This document shows, piece after piece, positions 50,867 through 60,552 of a stretch of DNA of 64,000 bases (position 1 is its first letter; every line of letters begins with the position of its first letter). Source of the stretch: Rhodoluna sp. GTDB lineage: Bacteria > Actinomycetota > Actinomycetes > Actinomycetales > Microbacteriaceae. The notes under the pieces were generated by a model. That model had not been told where the DNA came from and ran no database searches. It worked only from the letters and a program-made list of their open reading frames with translations. A program made the position numbers and the translations under genes. The DNA lies in contig JAULUM010000018.1 in the NCBI GenBank assembly GCA_032111565.1, positions 40,123 to 104,122 on the forward strand, read 5' to 3'.

Positions 50867-50899
50867 GGTGGGTGCTGACTCTTCTGGTCAGCATCCACC
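50867..50899 (+). terminator. 13-bp hairpin after the small peptide, between it and the convergent pdxH
   Basis: GGTGGGTGCTGAC-TCTTCTG-GTCAGCATCCACC; its G-U pair forms only on the + strand. Confidence 0.7.
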
Positions 50900-50906
50900 C
50901 TCACAC

Positions 50907-51560
50907 CTAAGGCTGAAGTCTTTGAATCTCCCATGGAGTGAACGAACCGTCTTCTTGCTGAGTGCGAAAGTACTCAATGCGATCATGCATCCGATTTGAT
51001 CGTCCTTTCCAAAACTCAATGCGAGTTGGAACTATTCGATAGCCGCCCCAGTAATCAGGTCTAGGAACATCACTGTTTTCAAACTTGAGCAGAGCTTCTT
51101 CAAACTGCTTATCTAGTGCATCTCGATTCTCAATAAACTTCGACTGATGAGATGACCAAGCTGCAACTTGAGAATCATGTGGCCTTGAATTGTGATATTC
51201 ATCAGACTCTTGGTTTGGAACCAATCTGGCTTCACCTTCAATAATTACCTGATGATAGATGGAGTACCAACCGAATACAGCGCTTACCTTTGGGTTTTCA
51301 CTGAGAGCCTGTCCTTTGCGAGACAGGTAGTTTGTTGCAAAGAAGAAACCATTCTCGTCGACACCTTTAAGAAGAACTGTACGAGCCCTCGGCTGCCCTT
51401 CTAGAGACACCGTGCTCAATACAAAGGCGTTTGGTTCATAGATATCTGCAGCCTCAGCCTCGGCAAGCCAGAGCTTGAATTGCTCTATTGGATCTGCAAC
51501 CAGATGTGTTTCACTTAGAGCTTCTTGCCCATAGTCTTCGTGACGCCCTAATGATTCCAT
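50907..51560 (-). CDS. pdxH: Pyridoxamine 5'-phosphate oxidase
   Basis: RTVLLK, SRKG, PDYWGGY, IEFWKGR.NRMHDR, RLQP. Confidence 0.94.
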   Translation of the reverse strand: MESLGRHEDYGQEALSETHLVADPIEQFKLWLAEAEAADIYEPNAFVLSTVSLEGQPRARTVLLKGVDENGFFFATNYLSRKGQALSENPKVSAVFGWYSIYHQVIIEGEARLVPNQESDEYHNSRPHDSQVAAWSSHQSKFIENRDALDKQFEEALLKFENSDVPRPDYWGGYRIVPTRIEFWKGRSNRMHDRIEYFRTQQEDGSFTPWEIQRLQP

Positions 51561-51601
51561 GTGTCAAGAATAGGCTTTCAGGCATGAGGAACTGGCCAAC
51601 T

Positions 51602-51973
51602 TCATATAATTGGCTTGGATCTTTCGGCAATCCAATTAGCAATTTCAGGTAGGTTTGTTTTCTGAGATGTAATCTGACGCATTAGTTTTATAACATCATC
51701 TTCTCTTGCTTGTATCTGAAACTTATTTATCAACATAAACGCCACCAGTAGATACCAAGCGGCTCTCTTATTGCCATCTAGTAGAGCATGGTGTTGCACC
51801 AGCGACTCAGTTTGTGAAGCGGCTTTTAGGGAAATGGACGGATAAGCATCGACTCCGAATACTGTGGTTTGCGGTCTTGATAGAGCTGACCCAAGCAGTC
51901 CCTGATCTCTAACCACAAATCCCAGCGCCGATAACTCTCCAATGACCACCTCTAGGTCGAGGTAAACAGCCAT
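51602..51973 (-). CDS. doc: Doc/Fic-family (death-on-curing) toxin
   Basis: RDQGLLGSALSRP, HALLDGNKR Doc motif. Confidence 0.85.
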   Translation of the reverse strand: MAVYLDLEVVIGELSALGFVVRDQGLLGSALSRPQTTVFGVDAYPSISLKAASQTESLVQHHALLDGNKRAAWYLLVAFMLINKFQIQAREDDVIKLMRQITSQKTNLPEIANWIAERSKPII

Positions 51974-52176
51974 TAGTCTTCTAAACGTTCAAGAAGCTTC
52001 GCGTCTCTTTTGCTAACAAGTTCGAACGCCTCCTTAACAATTGCTCTTTGAGTTTCTTGAGCAATGTATTTGGCTATTGCGTTCATAGCCAATGTGTTTT
52101 TAGAGACGCCGAGATTTTTTGCGATATCGGTAAGTCCCTGATCTAATTCGTCTGTGAGTCTAAGTGTCATAGCCAT
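51973..52176 (-). CDS. Ribbon-helix-helix antitoxin
   Basis: MAMTLRL...GVSKN; C-terminal LLERLE; coupled to doc. Confidence 0.8.
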   Translation of the reverse strand: MAMTLRLTDELDQGLTDIAKNLGVSKNTLAMNAIAKYIAQETQRAIVKEAFELVSKRDAKLLERLED

Positions 52177-52184
52177 AGAGTAAC

Positions 52185-52201
52185 GGTATCAAAGTGATAC
52201 C
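52185..52201. promoter_or_regulatory. Operator of the RHH-Doc operon
   Basis: GGTATCA-AAG-TGATACC perfect inverted repeat overlapping the -10 (TACCGT). Confidence 0.65.
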
Positions 52202-52270
52202 AAAAGGGCAATGAGCGCGGATGTGAATAACTAGAAGCAGATGTTCATTAGATCTCTGAACAAAAGGCAA

Positions 52271-52306
52271 ATAGTAAAGCCCCCACCAAGGCAGGGGCTT
52301 TACTAT
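52271..52306 (-). terminator. Terminator hairpin after the giant surface protein
   Basis: ATAGTAAAGCCCC...GGGGCTTTACTAT. Confidence 0.75.
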
Positions 52307-52315
52307 AACTTGAAA

Positions 52316-55300
52316 CTAACCGAGTGTTACCTTGGTGTTTCTAACCAGTGCTGGGATCTTTCCACCCTTACCTGTGTGATCACCCACGTTGATCATTGTG
52401 GTTGGCCATGCACGGTAACGAATAACCTGAATAGCAACCTGACCTGTGAAGTTCTTCAAAGCAGCTGCGGCAGCTTTCTCTTTAGAAAGCTCTGAAGCAC
52501 TCTTATTCATAGGCTTGATCTTCTTGAAGTTAGTTGGAGTCATACCACCTCTAGGGTTCAATGTGGCTGGGTTCAACTTAGTCTTATCAATACAGAACTG
52601 CTTACCAGTGAAGGTCTTCATCTTCATAGCCGCAGCCTTTTGAGCAGCAGTCTTCTGAGGCATAACCTTTAGAACACCAAACACTGCAGAACAGGTGTGA
52701 GTCTTACCAGACTTAGTGAAAGTAATCTTCGCTTCAATGTAACCGGTGTAAATACCAGTAGCACGAGAAATCAGCTTTCCAGTCTTCTTATCCCAAGCAA
52801 CCTGGAATGAACTGTCGTTAGTTGCAACGAACTTCTTCACACCACCGCTAGGAACACCCTTAGGAGCCTTACCGCCATCGCCTTCTTCAGGTGCAACGTC
52901 AGCGTTGGGATCTACTGGGATTGCAGCAGCTGACTGAACCGAAGCAGCTGAGTCACCACTTGCGTTAGTTGCAACTGTTGAGAAGGTGTACGAGGTCTTG
53001 TTGGTAAGACCTGTAATCTCACAAGACCTGGCAGGCAATGTAATTACACAGAAAGTTCCACCAGGACTTGCCATTACCTTCAACGAGGTAGCCGCGCCAC
53101 CGGTCAGTGAAGGAACAGCAGTAACAGTAACCTTAGCGTTTCCGACTACAACAGTTGGCGCTGCTGGCTTACCCGGCACTGGAAGTAGCGGAGTGACTGA
53201 ACCGCTTGTATCAGATGCTACTGAGTCGCCTTCACTATTCTTGGCAACTACAGAAGCGGTGTAAGCAACTGTTGAATCAAGTCCAGTTACTTCACAAGTA
53301 GTAGCAGGAGCAGTAACAGTACAATTCTTTCCACCAGGGCTAAGCGTTACTAGGTAACTAGTAGCCGCAGCCCCACTTGAAGGTGGAGTTACCGTCACTG
53401 TTACCTTGCCAGGGCCTGCCACCAAAGTTGGTGCATCTGGTTTTCCAGGTACATCCCCAAGCGGCTTCGTTCCAGCACTTGGCTCTGAGCTAGCAGAAGT
53501 GCCTAGATCATTCTTTGCCACCATAGTTGCTGTGTAGGTGGTGCCGGAATTCAGTCCAGTGAACTCACAGGATACCTCTGGTGCTGTGATAGTACATGTT
53601 GCACCACCAGGGCTTAGAGTCACATCATAACTGAGGACCTGACCGCCTTCGGTTGGAGCAGTAGCTGTGACAGTTAGCTTTCCAATACCGGCCTCAATTG
53701 TTGGCACTCCAGGAACCCCAGGCGCTGATGGCGCTAGAGGGTATATAGAGTCTGAGTAATCCGAACTGTCTGAGCTTCCGGCGTCATTGTATGCACGAGA
53801 AACTGCGTTGTATGACATCTCAGGGTCAAGACCCTCAAATACACAGCTCTCCTCAGGAACATAGATAAAGCATTGGCCCACTCTATCTTCTGACTCGTCA
53901 TAAAGTCTGATTCGGTAATAGGTAGGAGCACCTCCCGAGTTTGATTTAACTACAGTGGCTCTAATCGCGCCTGAAAGCGGAGTTAGCACTGGAGGTTCAA
54001 TGTAATCCCCTGGAGGGGCGAAGGCTGGATCTCCAGCTGTAATTGAGTCGCTGGTTTCGGAAATGCTAATGTCTGTGTCATTCATCGCAAGTACTGTGAA
54101 TGTATAGGATTCAAAGTCATTCAATCCAGTACATCTTGCCGTGGTGCCTGTGATTACACATGTCCCGCCTGCTGGATTTGACTGAACGATGTAGCTATCT
54201 ACTGGTCCACCAGTTGTAGGCGCAGTCCAAGTTAGATCAATACCACCTTCGATACCAACACCAGTTGGCTTCCCAGGAACGCCTGGAGCAGCAGCCGCTG
54301 GTCCGGCAATTGCAGAATTGCTTACGGCAGACTTTGCCATTCCGCCAGCGTTGGTTGCAGTGACTGTAAAGGTGTATGCCACCCCATCATCCAAACCACC
54401 ACATGATGCGCTTGTGCCGGAGATCTGACACTGTGCTCCAGCAGGGGTGCTCTCAACGATGTAATTTGCGACTTCCCCTCCAGTGGTTGGAGCGGTCCAG
54501 TCCAGCGTAACTTTGCCAGCCCCGGTTGTAGCAACCGGAGTTCCTGGAGCACCTGGTGCATCTGGAGTAACTTCACTTGGTATAGCACTGCTAAGTGGCA
54601 CTGCAGGTGCTTCTGTAACCGGCTGACCCAAACGAGAAACTGCGATTGGAGTCAATGGGCCAATGTATCCTGGTTCACGCCCGAATCCGACTCCAGTTTG
54701 ATCATAAGGATATTCTGGAATCGACAGGTAAGTTCCGTGTCCGGTCACCCCTACGTTACAGAATGCATCGGTGTTTCCAGAAAAGTCATAGTTAACACGC
54801 TTCATGTTGAAGCCGTTGCCGTAATAGAATGCGTCACCGTTATTTCCGTTTTGGAGAATTATGTCGCTACCAGCAGGCGCCATGCATTGGAAGCTGAATG
54901 TTGGGTCCAACGGCATGGTTGTTGCCATAGTTCCCGATGTCCATCTCTTCAAGTAATTTTTTCCACCGCTGAAGTACGCTATGTAAAGCTTTGAGCCTAC
55001 TTGGAACATCTTTCGAGCAGAACCTGCTCCGACTTCAGGGTCAATGTCAAAAAATTTCACGACCTGATTAGTGTCTGCTTGAACCTCAAAGACGTCATTG
55101 GATCCGTCAATTGCTGCTGAGTGGAAAATGGCTTTACCATCAAAAACCATCAGGTTTTCTGGATAGAACGCTCTTGAGGATGTTTCGGCTTCAGGCGTGA
55201 TGTTAGTGAGGGTAAAGGTTGGCTCAGCTAAATCAGCGATGAAGACCTTGGTGATGTCCCAGTAATTGCTACCGCCAGTTAGAACAAGTTTGCTCCCTAC

Positions 55301-57169
55301 CAGTGCCATTTCTTTAGTGCTGTCAGGAGCAATAATGTCGCCGTCTTTTCCAGTAAGTTGGGTGACTGTGTTAGCGGAAACGTCATACTTGTACAAATCA
55401 TGGTTGTAACGGTTAACGGAGAGCCAATAATAGTCACCCCCATAACTAAGGGCATGTTCACTGCCGTAGACGTTACTTGGCAGAGCGAACATCTGCGTGA
55501 CTGTGCCATCAGGAGATCTCTTGTAGAGTCCGTAGTCCCAATTTGTATCTCTCGCTTGGAAAAAGATGTCCTCGCCAATGTAAGTAAAACCACATGGGTC
55601 ATTCAGAGATCCGACACTGATAACCGAATACTTCAGGAAAGCACCGTCTGGCTTCATTGAGACAATGACTGACTGCGAACCGTTGGTCGGTGTTCCTTCT
55701 GGAATGTTTCCAGACATCCAGTCTCCTTCTGGTGTGCTGATGAAGCAGCTAGTTTGCGGAGCAGAACCATCTGTAGCTCTGTTCATATCTTTCATAAGAG
55801 TTACTGTTCCGTCAGGAGCAACATAGTATGGCTCAGCGCCAATTGCAGGATCTCTGTTCAAGACGACGATTGTGTAGTTTCCCATAGCGCCTAGCTCTAG
55901 GTTCTGTCCCGCGTTTGAATTGGAAGCACTGTAGTGAATAGATGACTGCCCAAGAGCGGGATTTACATCGTTGAAACGAACCGCTGGGCCAGAACCATCC
56001 CAAGAATATAGGAGGAACTTGCCTGCTGCTGTTCCAAGCAGGTTGATAGTGAAGACAAGCTTGTCTCCAACTTCTCGAACCGATCCAAATTGAGGAGAAG
56101 TTGTGAGACCTGGGAACATTGTTGCGTAAACATCTGTCTTCTCGCCGGTGATTGGATCAATCTTCGCAAACTCTTTACCGTAGAAGTAGGAAACATAAAG
56201 ATCTCCATTAAGGTTTACAAAAGCGCCTCGCTCGTCCCTAAAGTTCCAGGTGCCCAGTTTCTTAAATGTGCCATCAGGCTTAACAAAGAATGATTCGAAA
56301 TTACGGCCAGGCTGCCAGTTTGCTGCCTGGATAATTGGTTCTGAAAATACGAACCCTTTTTCGCCGTTGTAAGTCAAGTTACCGTTGACTCGAACGCCAA
56401 CCAATTCCTGACTGTCATTCTGCAACGCTTCTGACCAGGTGTTGTTGCTGATGTCGTATCTATACATCTTTATGTAGTCCCAAGCAGCATTATCAGTTAT
56501 GTAGAGGTAATTACCCACAGCATAGAAAGATGGATGGTATACCCAAGGGCTCAAAATAGGGTCCCCTGCGCCAGCTCTTGCAGGAACAACTGGTGTTGTT
56601 GTTATTTGAGTAACGGTCATGTCGCTTGGGTTGAATGTGTAAATACCGGCTCTTAAACTCCAATTCGCATTCGCAAATCCGTAAATGATTCCGTTTGTTT
56701 CTGCGAATTGACCTGCTTGTTCATAGGACAACATTGTGTTGGTGCCCTCGGCGTTCTGAATAGGCTTGACTTCCTTAGTCAATACGTTCATCACGTATGG
56801 CTGCATAGATGAGTTGTTTTTAGTGTCTTGAACCCAGAAGAAAAGGAATTTGTCATAACCCCAAATGTTGTCAATACGTCCGGCGATTACTCCGTCGAAC
56901 GGATCAAACAACAGCTCTGGTTCTTTTGTGATGTCGCCATCAACTCGCCAAAGCGAAGTTGCCTTGGAGAGCGTAGATGCGGTGAAGTAAGTCTTCCCAC
57001 CTAGTTCGAAAAAGTTTCTCGGGGAAGAACCAGAGTTTTGATTTGCCACGTTAAGTGCAAACAGATTCGAACTTGCAGTAACAGCGGAAGCAGCCTGCGT
57101 ACCAGCGACTACGCTGAGTCCAGTAAGTGCTAGGGCAATAGTCGTGGCAACAGTTACAATTTTCTTCAT
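52316..57169 (-). CDS. Giant secreted protein: ELWxxDGT-like beta-propeller region, six Fn3 domains and a basic C-terminal domain
   Basis: Signal MKKIVTV...ASA (ATG 57169); SSPRNF..TYFTA..SLWRVDG, GAEPY..DGTVTLMKDMN; repeated PGxP..W.AP..Y.V..C....C.GL..Y.F.V.A.N. Confidence 0.72.
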   Translation of the reverse strand: MKKIVTVATTIALALTGLSVVAGTQAASAVTASSNLFALNVANQNSGSSPRNFFELGGKTYFTASTLSKATSLWRVDGDITKEPELLFDPFDGVIAGRIDNIWGYDKFLFFWVQDTKNNSSMQPYVMNVLTKEVKPIQNAEGTNTMLSYEQAGQFAETNGIIYGFANANWSLRAGIYTFNPSDMTVTQITTTPVVPARAGAGDPILSPWVYHPSFYAVGNYLYITDNAAWDYIKMYRYDISNNTWSEALQNDSQELVGVRVNGNLTYNGEKGFVFSEPIIQAANWQPGRNFESFFVKPDGTFKKLGTWNFRDERGAFVNLNGDLYVSYFYGKEFAKIDPITGEKTDVYATMFPGLTTSPQFGSVREVGDKLVFTINLLGTAAGKFLLYSWDGSGPAVRFNDVNPALGQSSIHYSASNSNAGQNLELGAMGNYTIVVLNRDPAIGAEPYYVAPDGTVTLMKDMNRATDGSAPQTSCFISTPEGDWMSGNIPEGTPTNGSQSVIVSMKPDGAFLKYSVISVGSLNDPCGFTYIGEDIFFQARDTNWDYGLYKRSPDGTVTQMFALPSNVYGSEHALSYGGDYYWLSVNRYNHDLYKYDVSANTVTQLTGKDGDIIAPDSTKEMALVGSKLVLTGGSNYWDITKVFIADLAEPTFTLTNITPEAETSSRAFYPENLMVFDGKAIFHSAAIDGSNDVFEVQADTNQVVKFFDIDPEVGAGSARKMFQVGSKLYIAYFSGGKNYLKRWTSGTMATTMPLDPTFSFQCMAPAGSDIILQNGNNGDAFYYGNGFNMKRVNYDFSGNTDAFCNVGVTGHGTYLSIPEYPYDQTGVGFGREPGYIGPLTPIAVSRLGQPVTEAPAVPLSSAIPSEVTPDAPGAPGTPVATTGAGKVTLDWTAPTTGGEVANYIVESTPAGAQCQISGTSASCGGLDDGVAYTFTVTATNAGGMAKSAVSNSAIAGPAAAAPGVPGKPTGVGIEGGIDLTWTAPTTGGPVDSYIVQSNPAGGTCVITGTTARCTGLNDFESYTFTVLAMNDTDISISETSDSITAGDPAFAPPGDYIEPPVLTPLSGAIRATVVKSNSGGAPTYYRIRLYDESEDRVGQCFIYVPEESCVFEGLDPEMSYNAVSRAYNDAGSSDSSDYSDSIYPLAPSAPGVPGVPTIEAGIGKLTVTATAPTEGGQVLSYDVTLSPGGATCTITAPEVSCEFTGLNSGTTYTATMVAKNDLGTSASSEPSAGTKPLGDVPGKPDAPTLVAGPGKVTVTVTPPSSGAAATSYLVTLSPGGKNCTVTAPATTCEVTGLDSTVAYTASVVAKNSEGDSVASDTSGSVTPLLPVPGKPAAPTVVVGNAKVTVTAVPSLTGGAATSLKVMASPGGTFCVITLPARSCEITGLTNKTSYTFSTVATNASGDSAASVQSAAAIPVDPNADVAPEEGDGGKAPKGVPSGGVKKFVATNDSSFQVAWDKKTGKLISRATGIYTGYIEAKITFTKSGKTHTCSAVFGVLKVMPQKTAAQKAAAMKMKTFTGKQFCIDKTKLNPATLNPRGGMTPTNFKKIKPMNKSASELSKEKAAAAALKNFTGQVAIQVIRYRAWPTTMINVGDHTGKGGKIPALVRNTKVTLG

Positions 57170-57409
57170 TTGATTTTCCCTTGGGTTGGAACTTTCTAGT
57201 GACATAGGCTAGACAGCCTGTCTAAAGAAAGTCTAGTCACAATGTTGGACATTTGTGAGGAAATTGGCTCCACATAAGCTACAAGCCCAATCGGTAGAGG
57301 TTACTAATCGCTGGGCTGATACTTCATACCTATTACTCAAGTTCCCTAGGCCTGCCAGTTCTTTTAGAACTTGAGGCTGCCTTCGCTCGAAGAGGTTTCT
57401 TAAATGGAG

Positions 57410-57439
57410 GAAGGTGGCTAAGTTGCCTAGGCCACCTTC
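57410..57439 (-). terminator. Terminator hairpin
   Basis: GAAGGTGGC...GCCACCTTC just downstream of the 57451 stop. Confidence 0.65.
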
Positions 57440-57450
57440 TCTAATTGAAA

Positions 57451-60400
57451 CTAACTAACTTTTCTGCGCCTTCTAGAAAGTGAAGCACCGCCGATGGAAG
57501 TAATTCCAAGAGCAATAGCCAAACCAGCGATGAGCAACATCTGATTGTAATCAGAGCCTGCGCCAGTTTCGGCTAACTGTTCATCAGTTGGGGTGAACTG
57601 AACTGTTACGGAACCTAGAGCTTCACCGCGATCTTCGCAATCTCCAGCGTATGCTGTGACTTCGCCGAAGCCTTCTGCGTCAGGAGCAAACAGCGTTGTC
57701 TCCACCTTTCCTTCTGCGTCGGTAGCCCATGGACCTTCACCCAAAGTACCTGACCCGTCAGATAGCGCTAGACAAATCACAGTGCCGGCTGCAACAGGGT
57801 TGCCTTCTGAATCAAGAATTCTAAGAGAAATTTTGGTTTCAGTTTCACCATCAGCTGGCGCTTCAGTTCTATCTGCTTCTATGGTTGAGTCTTCTTTTGA
57901 TGGAGGTCTCGGAGTGAACTCAATGTTTACTGGACCAATCTCTTGCTTTCCGCTGTCATCGCAAGTACCAACATAAGCTGTGATAGTTGCATTACCGATC
58001 TCTTCTGGAGAAACAATAGTTGTTGTCACCCTTCCGTTAGCGTCAGTGGTCCAGGGTCCATTGCCTAGAGTTCCAGTACCTGCTGTCTTGATCATACAAA
58101 CTGCGGTTCCTGCTGGAATTGGGTTACCAAAAACGTCAACTAGATTCACAGTAACTGTTGCTGAAGAAGATCCGTCAGCTGGATTAGTTGATTTATCAAT
58201 TGTGACTGTTGACTCACCCGCATCAGGTGCACCAGGTAAGAAATCAATGTCCACAGATCCAACAGCAGGACCTTTATCGTCGCAAGGTCCAACCCATGCT
58301 GTGATGGTTGCTGAGCCAGAAGTAGTTGGAGAGGTGATAGTAGTAGTCACGTTTCCATTCGCATCTGTTGCCCAAGGGCCAGTACCTAGAGTTCCACTGC
58401 CAGCTGATTTGGCTAGACAAACCTGAGTTCCAGCAGGTACAGGATTTCCAAATTCGTCAACGATTTTTACAGTAACCGTTGCTGAAGAAGATCCATCAGC
58501 TGGGTTAGTTCCCTTGTTGATTTCAATAGTTGAATTATCAGCATCAGATTCACCTGGCACGAATTCAATATCTACTGAACCAACTTCGCCGCCCTTTTCG
58601 CCGCAAGGGCCAATCCAAGCTTTAATGGTTGCGTCGCCAACGGTTGTTGGAGATGTAATTGTGGTGGTCACATTTCCATTAGCATCGGTTTTCCACGGTC
58701 CGACACCTAGAGTTCCAAGACCTTGGGTTTTCTCCAAACACACTTCAGTTCCTGGCTGAACAGGGTTACCGAATTGGTCAACAATTTTGACTGTCACCGT
58801 GGCTGAAGATTCGCCATCAGCAGTGTTAGTGCTCTTGTTGATTTCTATTGTTGACGGGCCTGGATCGGCTGCTCCTGGAGTGAAGTCAATATTCACTGGG
58901 CCAATCTCATCACCCTTGTTCGCGCAAGTTCCAACCCAAGCGGTGATTGTTGCTGAACCTACTTCAGTAGGTGAGGTAATAGTTGTTGTTACCTGTCCGC
59001 TTGCGTTTGTTGTCCATGGACCAGTTCCTAGAGTTCCTAAGCCAGCGCTCTTTTCTAGACATACAGCTGTTCCTGCAGGAATCGGATTACCAAATTGATC
59101 AACAACCGTAACGGTCACTGTAGCTGAAGAAGATCCATCAGCCGTGTTGGTTGATTTGTTGATGACAACAGTTGAGTTGTCTGCATCAGGGACAGGAGGT
59201 GCAGTAAATTCCATAGTTGGACTTAGGGCAGGTGTTCCAGTTGCGGTGGCCCCTAGGAATGTCTCATAGGTTTCATTCTTTTCTGTCCCATCGTCTACAA
59301 CTGGCATAGTGGCAACTCCGCTTGCGTTGGTTGTCAAAGTGGTAGTTGTGCCATCTGGATTCTTAATTGTTATTTTCTGACCTGAAAGATTGGTTCCACA
59401 TCGGCTCTTTATTCCTACTGTCAATGTTGAGTTACCCGATCCCGCAACCTTGGTTGAAGGAGATATAACCGAAGTCAGAGATGAAGGATCAGCCAAAGTC
59501 GAGCCCCAAAGGCACTCAGTGGTGACTCGGAAGAAGCTCTGTGAGGTGTATCTTTTACCGGCTTGAACTGGGGCCCAAGGAACAGTCTGAGTAATCAGGT
59601 CTGGAGAAACTGATGTAGGTGTGTATCCCGTTCCTGAAGTTATGTATGAAGGGAAAACTGAGCTGTAATCCAAGTCACCTGGGAAGGTAGTAGTTTCAGC
59701 TGGAGCATCTGAAACTCTGACCTGAAAGTTAAACAGATTAGAAGCTGCAACACCAGCCATTGTCGCCCAGATGTATGAGTAGCCAGATTCGTTGGTCTGA
59801 GCAAATGCCTCACCTGCACCTGGTGTCGTTTTGTTGTAAGTCGGATTCACCCCACTAGCGGTATTTTCAGCTGGCATCGCAACACACGTGCTTGAAACAG
59901 AAGGGTCGCAATCAAAGAAAGTGAAGCTAGGTTGCGCGTTTGCCGGAGAGAACTGGCCTGTTCCGTTACCTAGTACTTTGAAAATATTGTCAGTCGTGTC
60001 CTGTCCAAGCATCTGAACTCGAAATCTCGCGTTAGGTACGATGTTGCCTGCGTTATCAAAAATTGCCACCTTGATTAGCTGCCCACCACCTGGGAGCTTA
60101 CTGCCTGTGCTCCAATCGATAGGCTTTGCTCCGGCTACGGTCGGATTACTCTGGTTAGTCTTGGCAGCTCCGATAGAGTTGGCGGGATCAGGATTAACCG
60201 TCAAATTCGGATTCACCCCAACCCTGCTGTACCTGTAGAAGTTATCAGCAAGACCTGTACGTGATGTGCTCTGCGCAAGATTGCTTCCACTCGGAGTTGT
60301 TGATGCGGTGAGCAATGTGGTTACATCTGCACCAGCATCCATCCAAACCCAGCCGTTAACGTTGTTTTCTGAGATCGGAGACCTACTTGAACCTACAACT

Positions 60401-60552
60401 TCGCTACCCATCAGATATTCCATGGATGCTTTGTGGGTCGTGTTAGAAGTGTCAACACCTCTTATGTAGGCTGCTTGTGCAGTCATTGAAGTCAGTAATG
60501 CTCCGCTTAGTAGCAGGCCAATTGGGGCTAAAAATATAATCAATTTGCGCAT
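57451..60552 (-). CDS. Sortase-anchored adhesin-like protein with invasin/intimin Big_1 repeats (LAETG)
   Basis: About five ~107-aa repeats ADG.SSATVTV.VD.FGNP...TDANG.VTTTITS...G.ATITA; LAETG + TM + RRRRK. Confidence 0.8.
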   Translation of the reverse strand: MRKLIIFLAPIGLLLSGALLTSMTAQAAYIRGVDTSNTTHKASMEYLMGSEVVGSSRSPISENNVNGWVWMDAGADVTTLLTASTTPSGSNLAQSTSRTGLADNFYRYSRVGVNPNLTVNPDPANSIGAAKTNQSNPTVAGAKPIDWSTGSKLPGGGQLIKVAIFDNAGNIVPNARFRVQMLGQDTTDNIFKVLGNGTGQFSPANAQPSFTFFDCDPSVSSTCVAMPAENTASGVNPTYNKTTPGAGEAFAQTNESGYSYIWATMAGVAASNLFNFQVRVSDAPAETTTFPGDLDYSSVFPSYITSGTGYTPTSVSPDLITQTVPWAPVQAGKRYTSQSFFRVTTECLWGSTLADPSSLTSVISPSTKVAGSGNSTLTVGIKSRCGTNLSGQKITIKNPDGTTTTLTTNASGVATMPVVDDGTEKNETYETFLGATATGTPALSPTMEFTAPPVPDADNSTVVINKSTNTADGSSSATVTVTVVDQFGNPIPAGTAVCLEKSAGLGTLGTGPWTTNASGQVTTTITSPTEVGSATITAWVGTCANKGDEIGPVNIDFTPGAADPGPSTIEINKSTNTADGESSATVTVKIVDQFGNPVQPGTEVCLEKTQGLGTLGVGPWKTDANGNVTTTITSPTTVGDATIKAWIGPCGEKGGEVGSVDIEFVPGESDADNSTIEINKGTNPADGSSSATVTVKIVDEFGNPVPAGTQVCLAKSAGSGTLGTGPWATDANGNVTTTITSPTTSGSATITAWVGPCDDKGPAVGSVDIDFLPGAPDAGESTVTIDKSTNPADGSSSATVTVNLVDVFGNPIPAGTAVCMIKTAGTGTLGNGPWTTDANGRVTTTIVSPEEIGNATITAYVGTCDDSGKQEIGPVNIEFTPRPPSKEDSTIEADRTEAPADGETETKISLRILDSEGNPVAAGTVICLALSDGSGTLGEGPWATDAEGKVETTLFAPDAEGFGEVTAYAGDCEDRGEALGSVTVQFTPTDEQLAETGAGSDYNQMLLIAGLAIALGITSIGGASLSRRRRKVS
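57600..59200 (-). repeat. ~320-bp coding repeats (Big_1 domains)
   Basis: GCTGAAGA...CATCAGC blocks recur near 58160, 58480, 58800 and 59120. Confidence 0.8.

Noticed and set aside
50646-50894. 82-aa minus-strand ORF from the track
   Set aside because: No RBS or promoter signature and no recognisable motif. It is largely the antisense of the SD-equipped 27-aa peptide and its hairpins.
57656-59098. Series of similar plus-strand ORFs that look like a repeated gene family
   Set aside because: Antisense shadows of the Big_1 repeats.
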